Source of the DNA: Escherichia phage Lidtsur
Sequence record: NC_048177.1
DNA length: 42,291 bases
Strand: one strand, 5' to 3'
The position numbers and the translations under genes were made by a program. Under the pieces are notes generated by a model. That model had not been told where the DNA came from. It saw nothing but the letters and a program-made list of their open reading frames with translations, and ran no database searches. Positions 41,787 through 42,291 of the stretch are shown here, piece after piece. Within the stretch, counting starts at the first letter, position 1. Each line of letters begins with the position of its first letter.

Positions 41787-42291
41787 CGGCACCGAGTTGA
41801 AAGGATGAAAAGCATCCTGCTCTGAGTGAACGCAAACTGGCCGCGTAGTGTCACGGCTCACTGGGTATCCGCCGCAGGTTGGAACTGGGTGAGGCATCGC
41901 CGAAAGGCAACGGTATCGCAACATTGCTAACGCCGTAGGGGTAGCGCCCGATGCAGGGAACAGAGAAGCGCGATAGACGCAGCGCAGTATCAGTACAATC
42001 CCAAACGTCTTATAAGCATTGTAGACAGTAGGGGACGTAGCAAAACACACTCGACTTTGAGCTGGCGCGTAGCAGGTTGCGCAGGGTATGACTGAGTGTT
42101 GAGCGGAGTCGCTGAAAGATACTTGAATCCGATGATAAATGCCGGATTATGCGAAATGGGCGGGGCGATTTTTCAGGGTAGTGAATCCGACAAGCCATTC
42201 CATGCCGAACAAACCTAGTACGCTACTGGTACGGCGCGTCACAATGGGTTCACTATCCACCTGAAAATAGCCAACAACTGGAGAAATAACT

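Noticed and set aside
41800-42270. tRNA or other structured RNA gene in the long early leader
   Set aside because: No T-loop-like GTTCRANYC motif or cloverleaf-compatible inverted repeats seen; only a small AGGATG/CATCCT hairpin at about 41803-41819; cannot be excluded without a covariance-model scan.
1-42291. Prophage or integrative element features (integrase, att sites, repressor)
   Set aside because: No tyrosine or serine recombinase signatures in any ORF; gene content and order are those of a strictly lytic T7-like phage.

Overview
This window reads as an essentially complete genome of a lytic podophage with phiKMV-like (Autographiviridae) architecture, about 42.3 kb, with every supported gene on the + strand. 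No searches or HMMs were run, so all calls rest on motifs visible in the translations, gene order and size. Layout: (1) early region 1-6680 of ~22 small ORFs, including a tandem array of five paralogous acidic proteins with conserved upstream stem-loop elements; (2) DNA metabolism 6676-17308 (zinc-finger primase, DnaB-like helicase, CCA-enzyme/poly(A)-polymerase-like nucleotidyltransferase, family A DNA polymerase, FEN-type exonuclease, endonuclease VII, metallophosphoesterase, HAD phosphatase); (3) single-subunit RNA polymerase 17315-19747 placed at the end of the replication block (phiKMV-like, not T7-like); (4) structural genes 20434-36483 (portal, scaffold, capsid, tail tubular A/B, three internal virion proteins, beta-helix tailspike); (5) small and large terminase 36493-38558; (6) an atypical late block 38558-40830 (two paralogous proteins of unknown function, a lipoprotein with a C-terminal membrane anchor that looks like a unimolecular spanin, a holin candidate, a GH108-type endolysin); (7) a non-coding terminal region 40831-42291 with an A-depleted GC-rich repeat tract and three tandem sigma70-type promoters. 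A Shine-Dalgarno at the very 3' end serves the ATG at position 1, so the contig is probably a circularly permuted assembly of a linear genome with terminal repeats. Best candidates for something new: the acidic paralogue array, the nucleotidyltransferase plus HAD phosphatase plus pyrophosphohydrolase-like set, and the spanin/paralogue lysis block. No tRNA, CRISPR, integrase or minus-strand genes were found.
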